DNA from: Raillietiella orientalis | Lineage: Eukaryota | Assembly: GCA_036172245.1 (NCBI GenBank) | Contig: JAYWIR010000051.1 | Span: 992,001-1,022,386 of the forward strand | Reading direction: 5' to 3' | Length of the DNA: 30,386 nt | Shown here: positions 1-14,403 of the stretch, piece after piece | How the letters are laid out: the number at the start of each line of letters is the position of its first letter | Position numbering within the stretch: the first letter of the stretch is position 1 | Notes under the pieces: generated by a model | The model's database searches: none | The model's input: only the letters and a program-made list of their open reading frames with translations | Told to the model about the DNA's origin: nothing | Position numbers and translations under genes: made by a program

Positions 1-3000
1 TTTTGCAATTTTCTCTCAGAACCCGAGGCAAGTTTGCACCAAGAATTCCATCTTAGGAATGCGAGACAGAATAGTGTGTACCTGCATGCAAGCCTGTCTC
101 AATAACGAGGGTGGTCACGCAAAGTATACCGAAAACTATTTTTAAGATGCATTACATCTCAAGCATTAATGTAAATACTGTTTTCAAAGTCCTGATTCCG
201 CCCTTCACAAGTGGGTGTTCAGCACAAACTCATGAGATACTTTTTCACTTCATATTTCAAAAATAGGTGGCTCCTTATAGAGAACAGATTCAAAGAGACA
301 TTATTTCCTCCCGTATGTACAGGGCAGTATAAAACTTTAAATGTGAATATGTCACTGTGGGCGTTTTCTATCTAAGAGGAATGAATGCAAGTTTCTGTTT
401 AAGGAATGAACGCAAGGCCCACCCAGTGCAACCTGCTTTTGCTGGATGTCTCAAAGTTGAAAAAGGAAGGGGGGAAAAGGCAAAATACTTGTATCTGCCG
501 AAAATTAAGAACCCTGAAAGTTCAAGCCCATGGCCCAATTAGGGACATCCATTTTTACAACGCCACAAATCGAGGAGTTGGTCTTGCGATCTGTCAGAAG
601 TAAAAACAGACGACCAAACGTGTCAAAGTCACCCAAATGCTCCGCACGTCGTTCACAATTTTTTAGAAGGCCCATTTTACCAGTCATAAAGGTGGAGGCA
701 ATTTCTTAAAGGCATGTCACTAGCTCGGAACGAATGCAATCAAACCACTTTTGAGAAAACTGGTGTTCAGTGCATTGGTCACCGGTTGCTTCGTGCCACC
801 GAACCACACAGTGGATGAAGGAATCCTTTGGGATACGTCTAACTGATAGGCAACTCGTTGTGTTTTTTTCTGGAAAAAAAATGTCCTGGAAACAGAAATC
901 CTGGGCAGACACTGATATGCAGGTTACTGATATACATCAATAAATTTCGTTCCTGGCAGTTAGCACGCTGAGATGAAAAATGACTCCTGCCCGGTGCTTC
1001 GAGAATAAACATTTCTTTCGGCGCTCACTTTTATTGCAACTCAGTTCTTTGTAAACTCTGGCTCTGAAGTGTTGAACGGAAGCATCTAAAAAAAATCACC
1101 TAATTCACATTCACCAGAGTTTCACTTTAGACACTGCACGTCACTAAAGTGTAATGATGTTTTTTGTTGCATGCTGAAATTAATCTCAGATGATCACAAA
1201 ATCGGCAACACGAAACGTCATTACAAATCAATTCACAAAGGATTATGGAAACGTTTCCAAATTTCCATTCTACTGAGATATAGCTGGGTGCACTGAAACA
1301 AGCGTGCCCCCAAGATGGGGATTCTCTGGTATAAAGGGGGAAGCGAATGATACAAAAGGCCAGACTTCTCTCAACAAGAGCCTTGCAAGGATGTTTTTTG
1401 TTTTGTCTAAATTAAGAATGTGAAAGAGAGGAAGCTAAATGAAACTTCTCTGACGTTAAGACGGTTGACATGTGAGCTCCGCTATGGTCGCTGAAATATC
1501 GCGTTCCAAAGCTTTCCAAGATCAAAAGTCTTTGCTGGACACCGAAGTATTGCCGATTTACTTTCAGCTGCACACAGGGTGATAACTACATGCACTCAGT
1601 GTTCATTTGCTAAGCAGGCTGGTTTTCTCTTCTAGGATGCCAAACAAACTTTCCTGGTTGAAAAACGATCAAACCGAAGACTTTCCTATAGATATATATA
1701 CATACATACATCACAGCAATGACTGGTTTGGAATTCGAAGAACGCTGACGCTTGCATTCAAAGCACGTAAAAAAATGCGCTTATCAGCGGCAGTCTCTCG
1801 CGGTCTCTCAGCATTCAAACCCTTCAGAAGGGAAACGGAAAAAAAACCAAACGGCCAACTCGAGCTTCTACGAGCATCTACGTAACTTTTACAAAGACAC
1901 CCTTCGTCGGTGGGTGTGTTCCCGATTAATGCTGAACACGCCAACGCGTTTTCCTCTGCTGTTTGTTCCTCGCGAGCACATTTTTATCAACCGAAGCTTC
2001 CAGAAACAACGATCACAGCACCCCAGAGGTTCACAATTCGTGTCTGGATGTCTAGTCATATCGCAATGAATCATTCCCTTATGGCGACAGGCCCATGGAA
2101 TGTTTCCGGACGCAGCACGAGACAGAGAGAGGCGCATTCGCTCCCCGGCGGGCGCAGACTCGAGGGACTGGCGCAACCGCGATATTGCGTCTGGTCCCTT
2201 CCGCCTGCTCTGCAGATAGGCAAAAGCAGCTGCGAGCGTCAACCCGGGAATACGGTGGATGAGACGTCTCGGGCACTCAGGCGATTTTGGACGCGCAGAA
2301 GACCATCTCTTTGTCTCGGGGAGGATGCCCACAAGAATCTGGTACCTGGCAGGGGTGCTTCTAAACCCGTTTTCTTCAAAACGGGAATGACGCCCTCGTG
2401 GACCGCATGAACCTCCCGGTTGCGTTTCCTGACGTCCGGCTTGAAACTTCAAACTTTTCCTGCACTCCTGCAGAGTCCATTCGGGTATTCTTCAAGATCA
2501 TCTTGACAAGCGCTGGGTGGGTCACTAACCCTCTCCCGTCCCTCAACCCCCTTCCCTTTTTGCCTCAGCCATACGAAACCTCGTCAAACGCAATAAGCAA
2601 TTAGTCAGTCTGTTACCTGCTTGAGGCTGCTCCTCACCGATTCGCGCCGTTGGCCCCCGAGAGTAAATACCCTACTGTGCCTGTGAACTTTAGGAATGGT
2701 CTTTCTCGATGTTTTTGGACAGGGGTGTGCTTTCCGGAAACTTCGCTACTTCACTCTGGCAGCCATTCACATCGGGATGCTCCTTCTTGGAAACCACTGC
2801 GCCTCATAGGCAAGTAAGTCCTGGCGGCCAAGGCACTGCTAGTTCGTCAGGCTGTACCGAAACTCTGCAGGATGACGCAATGTCTTCCCGGTTGCCACCC
2901 TCCTGCTTAGGAGGATCACCCAGAGAACGTCGATCGGGAACCTGGAATGCATGAGCGAAGACAGTGTTGAGGGTTTCATGACAGCTGAGGTCCCATTGGC

Positions 3001-3416
3001 CACGAAACACAGTGCTCGCCCAACCCGGGGAGTTAGAGCAGGCGACCTGAAGTTTACGAGATTCGCCTGCGTTTAACCTGTTAGCTCTTTCCGAGTGCGA
3101 GTCCCTGGGGTGGGGATCGGAAATGAGCAATGGCTCAATGCGCTGAGCTGCAGGCCACACTGTCAGTGAAAAATGGGTTCGTAACACCATGCTCGTCGTC
3201 GCAAGTGCTACGAAGGCCGGCCTACCGGTCCCAGGTGCCGTGACGGACCTCTCGGAAAACGAAAGGGATTTCCGACATGATTCCCCTCTCCAGGGAGGAA
3301 GAAACAAAAGAAGGAAAAAAAATTCGTCGTTGCCCTCACACAATCTGCCAGCTTTCTTTGCCATGTGGACCCAGTTCCCCCTCTCTTACGGAGAGCCGCT
3401 GCAAGGTTAGGCGTCG

Positions 3417-3830
3417 ATGGCAGCTGACTTGATCTCCGCAGTAACGGAGGCCAACGCACTACTCACGGCGCATGTGTTGCGGCGGGCGCAAAGATGGAAC
3501 TCCGTGGCGCCCCGACAGACGTCTCCCGGGTGTCGCGCGCAGGAACACCTGGACGAAAGCCGGTAGTCGCACCTCCCCAGCTCGTAGCGAGCGATGCATG
3601 CGAGAAAGGCCACCACCATCCGCCCCATAGAGCGCACACTGCGACCGATGTTGAGGACCGGTGCCAAACACCACTCGCGACTGCTTCTGCTTCGTGATCC
3701 CGGGGTTCCCCCTGCCGTGCCTTACAGCCTATACGTACCTGCAGTGTTTGCCATTTGCGCAGCAAGCGCGCACATCCAGAGGCGTGGCGCGCATAGACAC
3801 AAACTGCATTCTCATCACTCCTACGCATCG
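3417..3830 (+). pseudogene. Possible highly decayed 3' end of a related LINE ORF2
   Basis: ARKATT...PGVPPAVPYSLYVPAVFAICAASAHIQRR weakly parallels AVKAVT...GTGVVPLYNPMVLTTLALFITAIVIRR in the intact ORF2. Similarity judged by eye only. Confidence 0.3.
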
Positions 3831-6800
3831 ATGACGTCAGCCCCCGTCCCCCTTCGTCGTCCGTTCTCCGATGTTTCACAGCTCTCGGGTCGGCGACCGC
3901 AGCGCCACTTCCCAGGGTTGCCCTTGTACGTTTGCGTGTCTTCCCAACGCCGGACCTGCCCGGCAGCAATTCTGTGGTCACGGGGTCGCAAATCGTTCGC
4001 CGTAATCGCGAAAGAGCACTCCCCAGTGGTAGCCTTGCGCATGCAGCCCGGGCTTCCATGCGTATCGGTCGCTTATCGCCTCTACCTGGCTTGTGTGCTC
4101 TGCGAGGGAAGCCCGAAGGAGAGAAAGAAGCACGCGCGCGCAATGCTCGCCGTATCCGCCGCTCTTGGTTCTTCTCATCCAGTGCTCAGAGTTCCTTTCA
4201 CGGATGTTTTGCTGCATTCATTTTCTGTGCCACATGTTATGTACTGGGACGAGTGATTTAGAATGATAGTTTCCACACGTTTTCCGCTTTACCAAAGCGC
4301 AGTCGAAATGCTGTTTATAGCTCGAATTGGCGTTGGGTCAAAGACAACTTTCCAGCTCGGTATCCTCGTGTCAGCCGTGCTGCCACTTCCTTTCGGAAAC
4401 TCAGGCAGTTGATCATGCCTCCACAATGCGAACATAGTTTACTTCCTTCGGTCAAGGTCAAGGACAAAGTTCACTGCGAACCTAGTAAAAATTCACGTCG
4501 CCCACATACGAAAAACTTGAAACTGGCGCTCCTGAGGGCGTGCTCTCACTTTTCCAACGGAGGAACGCCCTGTCTCCTCTTAACCCAGCGCGTGAACCGA
4601 GTTTGGAACGGAGTTTCGGTTCATGCTTTTTTGCAAAATCTACCAAATCCCGACTCTCCCTTCGGGAAAGCCTCGCTCTGAGGAACCACCTTGCAAGGAC
4701 CTCCTGCACGTAAAAAAAGTTATCTGATTCACTCAACCATGACTCAGCTCTTCGGTGATGCATGAGCTGTTCATACAGCGTGCATCCGTGAGCTATGACT
4801 GCGCACGACTCCCTTACATCTCAGATGACTAAGAAATCCATATTCAAGTTCAGGTGCCTTTCCTGCCAGTTATCCTGGACTCCAAATTGTCTAGGAACGT
4901 GTCTTCCCATATAACCAGGAAAGTTCTCGTTCTTCAACAAGCGGGAGTTTCATTGTTTTTTTTTCTGACGATTTTCGGTTTTAGCTTTCGGCGACTGGCG
5001 ACCTATTTTTACCTTGGACTTCGTTTCAAGTTACAGCAGGCCAATTGAGCTCATTTAGAGTCTCAGATGCACTGCTTCGTCTCAGCGATTTTTTTAATTC
5101 GTATCTAAGAAAGCCTCGACAACCGTCACCTTGACGAGAAAGATCTCTTTTGTCTGTAACGGTTTGCATCATTTGTTAAGGTTTGCACTCACCGGGAGCT
5201 GCAGAGAACAAGGTTTCGGATGGTCCCGTAGCCGACCACTGGTATCGACGCAACTCCGATGCGAAACGTGACAAAGAAGTTCTTCCTCGGTTTCCATACC
5301 AAGATGCTTCTGTGGCGTTGTTGTTTCAATCGCTGATGGAACGCCGAAATTGATGGTGTGCAGTTTATTTTGCTGTGTGGATGTGCAAAGGTGCAAACCC
5401 AATGGGCTTCCGAAGAATCCCATGAACCAGAGCAAGAGAACAGACGACATCACAAAGGCAGCACATCTGAGATCTCTCGCATTCAAAGGCAACACTTTGA
5501 TAAGATGCAGGTACAAAGCTAACAGGCAAGACGCAGGCAATCTCATTTAAAGGTCAAAGCCTGGCGAAGATCCTCCTCCATCGAAACAAACAGATGAAAA
5601 GGTCTTTCGCCTGAAATCGAGCAAAACGGCTCTTCAAACGCCCTAGGAAAATCGTTCTGAACGTCCTATGGGACTCCTGAGATACGAAAGATCTCTGTGG
5701 ATCCTCAAAGATACAGTTTTCCCACTGTTGGCACCTGCAGTCTTGCTGCCAAGGTTTTCCCATTTATTTTATTTTTATTTTTTTATCTCTTTCGGGGATG
5801 AATAACTCGGAACCAAATGGCGGGTTTCCTGTCCTTCATGGAGGTTAAGAATTCGCGAGGAAGGCCCTCAAAAAAATGCTGCTTCGTCACGAGCAGGAAC
5901 GGAAGCCCAGCTCGAGTTTTCCTCGAAGGCCACTGCTTTAGTCTGGCTTCTCATCGGTACACACAGCTAGACGGGGGAGCCCACTGCTTGCATCTGGAGC
6001 GGACATCTGGATGTACCAGCAAACGCTCCTTCCTTCCTAGTGCTACGGGTACGCACTGGGAGGGGAAAACACACCAAGCTGAAGCACACACACCCAGTCT
6101 GCAAGCAGTCTCAGGAGATGCTTTCGTGGTGAACAGGAAGCCGCCGCGTTAGTGAACCCAAAGCCATCGGCATCAAGGCGGGGGAATGGGAAGGGAGTGA
6201 CCTTCGGAGGCTTTGCTCTCATCTCTTGATACTTCGGCGTATGTCGATTATCGGTTTTGTTCTCCTTGGAGCATTGGATCCGCGTGCGTCTTCGTCTCGG
6301 TTCGTGATCCGGACAACCGCTTTCCGATCTCCATGCTTTGCTACGCGTCGTCCAGAGCGCAGCTTCCCTTGCCAACAACCAGTGATGGCTGCTGTACAAG
6401 ACGAAGCTTCCGTGGAAAGTTACGTCCAATGCGAACTCATCCTGGCCAGATACCAGTCGATTAGCTAAGTGTGTTGATACAGTGCAGTGCAACTGATGGC
6501 CAATGTAATTTATTTATTTTTTACGTGGACACCTGTAATCTGAACCCGATGGTACGAGCGCGCTGCGGATGGAGATCGTTCCTAAATCGGCCCCTTTTCC
6601 TGTGTGCGATCACTTGGTGCAAAATCAAGGATTCTGTCGGGTCATGGATTCCTGGATTCCTCTCTGCAGCTTCCAGCATCCTTCCAGATTTTTTTCTTCT
6701 TTTCTTTCCGTTTTTTTTTTTTAGGGGTTCAATTATCTAAGGGGAGGTTCGTCCCTCGTGAGGGTGCAGTAGCTGCTAGGCAACGCCGCTGCATGGCTCC

Positions 6801-9800
6801 TGCACTGTCATCCGTCTGGCTTGCGCGCTGTCACGCACCCGAGGTTCTCACATGAAACCGGGATGGGAGTCCGGAGGGGAGGGACTTCCCACTTGCTGGG
6901 AAGGACCCCGAAAGTCCCAGCCCTGATTCCCGGCTGATAGTCGACGGCGCACGCGGCCATGGAGGTGGACGCGTTCCACTAGCGCACACCCCCTTTTTGT
7001 CCCCATTCCATCTTGCGGGGGACTCGAAACCCAGGCGCGTCGATCCTTACGGAGATGATCCGAACCCGCGACGCGCGCAGATTCAGCGTGCTGGTGACGT
7101 CACGTGCAGTCCCCCAAAGTGCTGGTGACCCCTCGAAGAGAAGAAGAGAGAAGCACGACTGCCCATTTTGTTGTGCTCTCCAGGAACGCAGACTTAGAAA
7201 CACGCCAACACATACACACGACATATAGGATTTCCTCTGGCTCCTGGAATTGGTAATGCGAGCAGAAGAGCTTGCAGGTGCGCGCACTGCTGTCAAGCAA
7301 AGAGCTTTCTCTTTGCTTCAGAGGATGTCTACATCCTCTGCAGCGAATTCTCGGAAACAGAGCAGTCGTCAAGGAAGAGATCATGGAGGAAATGGGAAAG
7401 CACAGGGCCGGAGCGCCGGATGGAGAAAGCACGGGGGAGACAGACAGGCCAGGGACGCGGACCTGCGAAGCCTCGCCGGTCAAATCGGGGACGGATGTCC
7501 TCGAGTCCCGAAGGCAAACACCGGGAGGTGTTTCCGTGCGTCCCAGACAGGAAAAGCTGGGTGAAGGGAGTACGTGCCCTTGACTGCTGATGTCTGTAGG
7601 GAGATAGAAACGGGAGTCAGGGCACCCTACGCCTCCCACTGGTTCACTACGAGAGCACTGCTGCGGAGGGACGGTAGCTAGCGAGAGGGGGCATACTGCT
7701 GACACCTCCTCCTTAGCATCTGCTGGCGGAAGAAGTCCTTTTGAGAAGCCGACTTCTGCGTTCGCAGCATAGCAACCAATCCTCATGTCCGACGGGCAGC
7801 GTAACGACACGGCGCTCCGCTGAACGGAGCTGGGCCGACTGTCTCCCCAAGCATGGAGCGCGCGTTCACTCCGGAGCGTCCATTCAACCAGTGCGAGACA
7901 CGCAGAGCTGGACAGACGTCCGGCTGAGGGCGCGCGGGGGATGCAAGGAGGAGCGAGCACGAAGAGAACGTGGTAGGGAGGGGCGGGAAAGTTAACAGAT
8001 GACCGCGACCCGCGTCCGCCCCGTAGGCGGTGCTCAGGCCAGCGGAAGGTTCTCTTGGGAGTTCGCACGCGGCAGATTGGTTCCTCCCTCGATTGCCGTG
8101 GAGGCGAGGGGGTGGCGGGCCTTTTTTTCTTGCGCCCGGTGGAGACGTCGTTCCACTGAGCGCCACCCTCTCTCCAGGCGTGCTGTTCGGACACAACTCA
8201 GTACCACAAGAGGACCAACATGGAGAAAGCCCACGCGCAATGAGGTAACGCCCCTGTCTCCCTAAGCACATGAGGGCGAACGCAACCTTCACCGTGGAAA
8301 AGATGCTGCTGCCCAAAAGTAGGAACAGAAGGAAGTCTCGAAGTTCCTCCTTGGAAAGAGACGCGCCGCAAGTGCCGAGCGTCAGAACGTGTTCCGGGCT
8401 GTTCCTGAATGCCTCTCGGAACCTCGGATCAACAACACGCCGGGTTCACCAGGAGTTGACCTGGAAAGACCACGAGATGCAGTAGTGAAAGAGATTCGCA
8501 GGAAAACCAAGCAAAAAAAAAAAAAAAAAGAAGGCCTCCCAATTAAAAAGAAACGAATGGGAAGTCTGCACGTGTATCGAGAAGAAGCCTATCCTACAGA
8601 TCTGAGGCAGATGTGGATCCGCTTTGAAAAGGGTGGAAAGGGCTACCGTCAAGGACGCCCACCATCTGGCAGCAAACGCCGGAGCGTAGATGAAAAGATG
8701 AAAAAGTGAGAAGACCAGAAAAAAAAAAAATTAAATGCCACAGCCTGCATGGAGCGGCAGTAGGAATCATCCAAGTAAGGCTCTTTGCAAAGAGGAGGTC
8801 ATAGGAGCATTCTATCGCAAATACGAAATGATTTGTAGAGACCATAGGGGAAGTGAATATCTGTTGAAAATAGGTAGGTTCCCTCTACGAGTTCGCTTTC
8901 CTCTCCTGCCGCAGCCCAATAAAATGGTTCACAGCGGATTACCTTTTCGAGGACGAAGGAGACGTTTTTGGCGCCGGTGAGGTTACAGTCCAATTGGCGA
9001 ATTTAGTGACATCAGACACTGCACGAAACACTTGGAACAAGTGCGCGCAGGACACGTGCGCAGTATCTGTTTTCTAGGGGTAGGTGCTCATTTCCGGGTG
9101 CCACTTTGTCACCCATGTCTTCGTGCCAAAAGATTTCCAGAATGATGAGTACCGAGTTTCTTGGAAACTTATTAAAACCCACTCATCAATTTGTACGTGG
9201 ACCTGGATTCAGAGATGGTGTCCTTACACGAAGAACAGGGCAATCTAAAGAACTGAAAACCTGAATACGGCGATGGAGAAGCAGAATATACGCACGGAAG
9301 ATCTAGGCATACCTCTTCATCACTCTCTGCCTCGGTGTGTTAAAGAGGAAACCACTGCATGTCTCCACAAAGGAAAATGAGTTAACTAAGTGTAGGCCCC
9401 ACCTGAAAGATGAATGACTTTACAGAGAACTTTCCCAGAGCAGCAAGATCATCCAGAAACCAGCAATGATCGAGGAATGCCTCCTGCATCCCTCGTTTCG
9501 TGTAATCCTTCTGCCTCTTTTATGGAAGCTGCACAAATCAACACAAGATCGAAAATACCTACGTAATTCAGGCAGAAGTATGCATTGGTTCTCATCGTCT
9601 GCCTTTCCAAAAAAAAAAAACAATGAACGTTTTTTGGCAGTTATCAGTTAGCAAAAAATTTCACAGCATTCACAGCTTTTTGGAGAGCAGATGCCGAGTG
9701 ATGAGCAGTCGACGGAAAGACGACGCTCCAAGGTGGAAAGAAGCAGGATGCTGGAGACCAATTCCAAATGAGTCTTGAGAATCAGATGCAAAAGCTTCGG

Positions 9801-12219
9801 CTCATGAATGATTCGGAAATGGCAACACTGAAGAAGCTCCATCATTACTTTGGATGAAAGAATCCCACCAAAATCATTCGAGGAAGCTGCAGCGGATATG
9901 TGCCTAAAAGATAAAACGCCGTCGCTGAAAGTCGCTTGATATTTGCGATTTTTCGTCGTGAAATTTGACCGTGGGTTTCTGTGCATGTCGATTACGGAGA
10001 TGGACCGCCGGCAGACTTTCGAGGCAAATCTCTGCAGATTCGTCGGAAACCCGAAATGCTTGTTTCCTTTTCTTTTTTCTTTTTTTACCTCGCATGCTTT
10101 TGGAACAAAAAGAGACAGTTGCGTGCAGGACTTTGATAACCAACTGGCCAATATGAATACATTAAACTAAATGTTTAGTCGTGGACCTCAGGTATTAGTC
10201 GGCTAGCGAACTGATTTAAGGGAAGACTTCTGGAATCATGAATTTTCCAAGAGAACACATCGATTTGTGTGACTGCCTGAGGAATGAATCGTACGTGCAG
10301 AGGAACAGTACACGGAGGAGCACAAAGTCATCTGTCACCACGTTATTCCATTGGATGTGATCCCCAATTGATATGCCGGAAATAATGAGTAGCCTGTAGA
10401 AGAATATCTTAGCATACTTAACCATATTTTAGGGGCAAGTAGATATTTTTTTTTTATAATACGATTTAGTTGGTTTTTTTTTTTTTTAAAAAAAAAAGAG
10501 GAACAAAAAATACCCAAAATTCTAGATTTTAAACTTAGATCTTGCTCTTTGGCAGAAGGGTTTCACATGCAACCCGGGAAACAAACAAAAAAAAAACTTC
10601 TAAAAAGCTTGCACTAAATTTTCTTAGGGAAACCTTAATCCATCCACCAAGGGAAAAAGCTGATGATGCGTCGCCACGATCTATGGATGGTGCCCCATAA
10701 ATCATCTTTCGATTGCACTTGAGGGAAATGTAAAAATAGAATGTATTTTTGCGCCAAATGTACACGAAAGCACGCTTGCTCTTCCCCATCCTCTATCCGT
10801 CCTATGGAAGCACAAAGGAGAAAAGGCAGCAGCGACTCCCTTCTGGGATAATTGGAAAATGAATTCTTCCGTGCTATTTATTTACAGCGGCCATTCATTG
10901 CCATTACGCAACCTCTTAATCTCTCCCTGCCGATCATTACGTAATGTCGTTATTTAATAGGTGAGGCACCTTCATGCCCCGTTAGCTGTCGCTCCCATCC
11001 AGCATGTGTCGATGGTGGTTCAGCACACTCCTTTCCGAGGTGTTTCCACTCTTCGAGTCCAGTGGTGGCGTGAATCCGGTGCGCACGCGGTACGGACCGT
11101 TTCACGACGTACGGTGAGCGCGAGCGTCCCGCCGAACCGTACGGCCTGACGTGTACACGCGCCGGCAGTGGGTCGCCGCGCGCGCTTCCGGGAGTGCTGC
11201 GGGAGGACGGAGGCAGAGTGGCGCGGAGGGAGAGGCCGGCGGCTCTCCCGGGCGTCCCGGCTCCTTGAGGCCGGTGGCTGCGCCGTGCTCGAAGGTGGAC
11301 AGCCCCGGAGGTGGGTGGGTTCCGTTCTTTGCCTCCACGCGCGGAAAACACCGCGTGCCCGCGCAGGTGTGCTGCTCTTTCCGCTCGTCGTTTAAAGGGT
11401 GCCGAGAACCACGGGCCACAGTCGCATCCCAGGGCGCGTGGTGCAGTGCTTCCCCGTGTCGGCTGAGACTACCTGGGCCCGATGTCGCACGGGATACCAA
11501 GAGTAATCGGAACTGCGTTTCTCTGTTTTCCTTTTCGTTTTTGCCTTTTCTTTTTTTTTTAAAAAAAAAAAGAAAAAAAATTGCATAGCAATCCCCAGCT
11601 CAGGAGTGCAAGTACGAATCATTTTGGCATGTATCGTAGCCCCCGTCGGGTTTCGTTAAGTACGGCTAAATGCTATTCAGTGCAGACCTTTAAGAATTTG
11701 TTCCTGGGAATGTGATTAGTACCTATAATGGTGATTGTACTTAATATGGGTTTCGTGAATGTTTTGTGATTGTTCACCAAACTAAAGTAACTTGGTGCCT
11801 CAATGTGCTCCAATTTATTCAACTGTAGCGATTCCCTTGCTTGTTTGAGATTTAATGGTTGGATTTTGTGTTGTTACCAGGTTAGCATCGGAAATTAACA
11901 AATGTGAATGTAATGGAAATCATTTGAAATAGCAGTTACGTATGTCCAGCATTTTGAATACGTTCCAAGTTCCAGAAAGCCTCTTTGAGCTGGCAAATTA
12001 CATAAGTTTTTGAAGTCAATAAAAATTGAGATCATTAAGAATTGGTAAATTCATTACATGTATGTGCAAAAGTAATTTAGTTCTTGAAGGAACTGGATTG
12101 AATTGTATCCATGAAATTGTAATGTGAGAAGCAGTGGGCAGTTTAAGCATGTTTCTGCACCAATCGCAGTTGCATTGCAGCATACAAAGATTTCATTTGT
12201 TGTGTGCACATTTGCATAG

Positions 12220-12436
12220 TTGGGTTGTGCATTGCTATCTCTTTGCTTGGACATTGGCAGAGCTAGAAAAGCTGAGCTTGGGCATTCAGTTCCGGCAATC
12301 TTCGTTGGTGTTGAGCTTACTTGTACTTCTCTGGAATCCTGGAGACTCACTGAAGGCTACTCAGATACCACATTCAGTTGCCATAACTCAATCACTGTGG
12401 ACATCTGATGTGTGGGTGTACCTGACCAACACAAGT
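12220..12436 (+). CDS. Possible upstream exon of the same gene
   Basis: Open frame 12134..12454 has a GTAAGT donor at 12437 on a codon boundary. Removing 12437-12480 joins ...YLTNTS in frame to MSAFCC.... The acceptor at 12219 (TTTGCATAG) is tentative. Confidence 0.4.
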
Positions 12437-12480
12437 GTAAGTCATGACATGTAAAGTTCTGCATGTTCGCCTGGTTTTAG

Positions 12481-13758
12481 ATGTCTGCATTCTGCTGCCA
12501 ATCTGATCACAAAGACCTTTCCAAAGAGACTCGTGTTGGAAAGATCATTGAAGAGCATACAGTGTATCAGAAACAAAGAGCTCGACTGACATTGTCCCCA
12601 AAGAAACCTGTGCCACCCTATTTTTCATTGTTTAAAGATACAGAATTATCTGTAACTTTCAGTCAAGCTCCCCCAAAAGCCAGTTCCCTTTGGCTGCCTA
12701 AAGCTACAACTGTACAAGTGCATCCTGATTTCATAAACTACACACTGTATTTCAAATTAACTCAAGCAGTGGCAAAGTTTGCACCTGCAGTTTATTTTTT
12801 TGGCATGAGTGATGTTCTCCTCTCTCTTATAATGCTGCTTCCTGCTGCATGTACTGTGTTGCTAGCTATGGTATTTTTGCATACATGCTGTAACAGCTTG
12901 GCTGTGCTATCTTTATCTGCTGTAAGAAGTCAGTTGCATATGGTAGCAACACCCCCACAGCCAAGTGCCTATCACAAACAGAGTGATTTGGTAAACCAGT
13001 TATGTGCCTCTACTCACCAGTTGGAAAAAAAGAAGAAACGTAGGAGGAAAGCAAAAGCTCCAATGAAAAACACTCAGGAAGATGCAAAAGTTGAGCCAGT
13101 GAAAGTATTTTCATCCCTGTGCGATAGTGAACTTGATGATAAAGACAGATCCAGTCATCTGCAGGATGCCAATAGCATCCCATCTTCTTGCATTCCTGCT
13201 TCACCATGTGACTTTTTGGAAGAGCCTTCGTGGACTTTGGCTAAAAAGCCTCATCGCAAAAAAAGCAGTGATCCAGCTCGTTCTGTTTGCAGGTCTGGAA
13301 AACGAGCTTTCTCAAGCACACCATTCATTGTCACAAAAGCTCGCTCTAGTCGCCAGTCAGAATCTGCACGACCTCCCCTTTCCCATTTGCATTGTGGTTT
13401 GCAAAAGTCTGAGAGAACTAGCAACTTTTGCTCAAGTAGTTTCTCAGTTAACAAGTGTCATAGACCATTGTTTGTTCCCCAGAGACGCTCCTATTCCTCT
13501 GTTGTAGCTCATGGGTCTTCTGCCAATTTCACTTGTGAAACCTGTGTGCTACTCACAAATGGGGACTCTGAGAATCCAGTCACTTTGGGGCTGGGATCAA
13601 ATTGGAACAGTGGTGCTAGCAGCTTGTGTTGCTTCAAGTATTCCAAGAGTATTGACAAAATTTGGAGCCAAGGTCATGATAGCTGGCTGTTTGCATGCAC
13701 CTGGTCTCCGTGTATCTGCAAATATCCCGAAGACTCTGTCAATCAGGAGGAATTAAGG
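12481..13758 (+). CDS. Probable large coding exon of a host gene of unknown function (hydrophobic segment, KKKKRRRK cluster, Ser-rich region)
   Basis: 476-codon open frame in AT-rich DNA. It is preceded by acceptor-like TTTTAG ending at 12480 and contains donor AGG/GTAAGT at 13759. No family recognised. Confidence 0.6.
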
Positions 13759-14256
13759 GTAAGTTTTCTGAGGAAATTTTCGACTGTTGATGCAGTGTAT
13801 TTATTAGGAAGTGTTGGGTTTCGATCCCTTGCTATTTCTGAACAGCTGATTGGATGGATGTGCTGGTGGGGGAATCCCCAGTTGTACTTATTGATCTCTG
13901 ATTTGCAATAAACATGTGTACAAAGATTGCAAACGTTTCTGTCTGAATTACATTGAGAACGTTCTGCAGTGTGTAACTGAGGTGCCGTTGTCGCATTTTC
14001 TGCCTTTCTGAGCGACATGCAGTTTTTTCTCTCTCCTTTTTTTTTTTTAATAACGGATTTTTCCAGGATACAGAAAAAAAGTTACTGGAACTGATGATTC
14101 TTCGTGCCTATGAAATTCTGAACGTATTTTCTCATCCTATTGTTTTTTTCGCTTTGAGGAGGATGGGAAAAAGGGAAATGGAGTTTGAAGGTGCACAAAT
14201 GGTGGGTTTCATGGCGCGAATTTCGACGTTTCCTGCGGTGCTCCGAGTCTCCGTTT

Positions 14257-14309
14257 TCTCTCTCTCTCTCTTTGTTTTCTAACCAGTTATTCTCTCTCTC
14301 TCTCTCTCT
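14257..14309. repeat. Two short (TC)n microsatellites
   Basis: TC runs at 14257-14271 and 14291-14309. Confidence 0.9.
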
Positions 14310-14403
14310 GATGCATTAAGGTAGGTATTACATCATTCATTCATAGTCGATAACAGGGAAGGATGAAACACAATTGTTATTCACAATGCAGAAGTACAAA
14401 CCA

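Noticed and set aside
2085..2130. GPWNVSG peptide resembling the APE motif SWNVNG
   Set aside because: No following LQET, GDFN or SDH motifs.
2343..2355. TACCTGGCAGGGG, matching the vertebrate U1 5' region
   Set aside because: No ATACT start and no downstream U1 stems or Sm site. It also differs from the U1 in this window.
6850..8480. GC-rich region with many overlapping ORFs, including 7100..8194 (364 aa, minus)
   Set aside because: No recognisable domain. ORFs in all frames are expected at this GC content. It may be a decayed ORF1-like relic, but I cannot support that.
9421..9429. TACAGAGAA, resembling the U6 ACAGAGA box
   Set aside because: Not followed by GATTAGCATGG or any other U6 feature.
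11625..11641. TGGCATGTATCGTAGCC, resembling vertebrate U4 nt ~13-28
   Set aside because: No U6-pairing 5' end, K-turn or Sm site in the expected places, so it is treated as chance. cmsearch would settle it.
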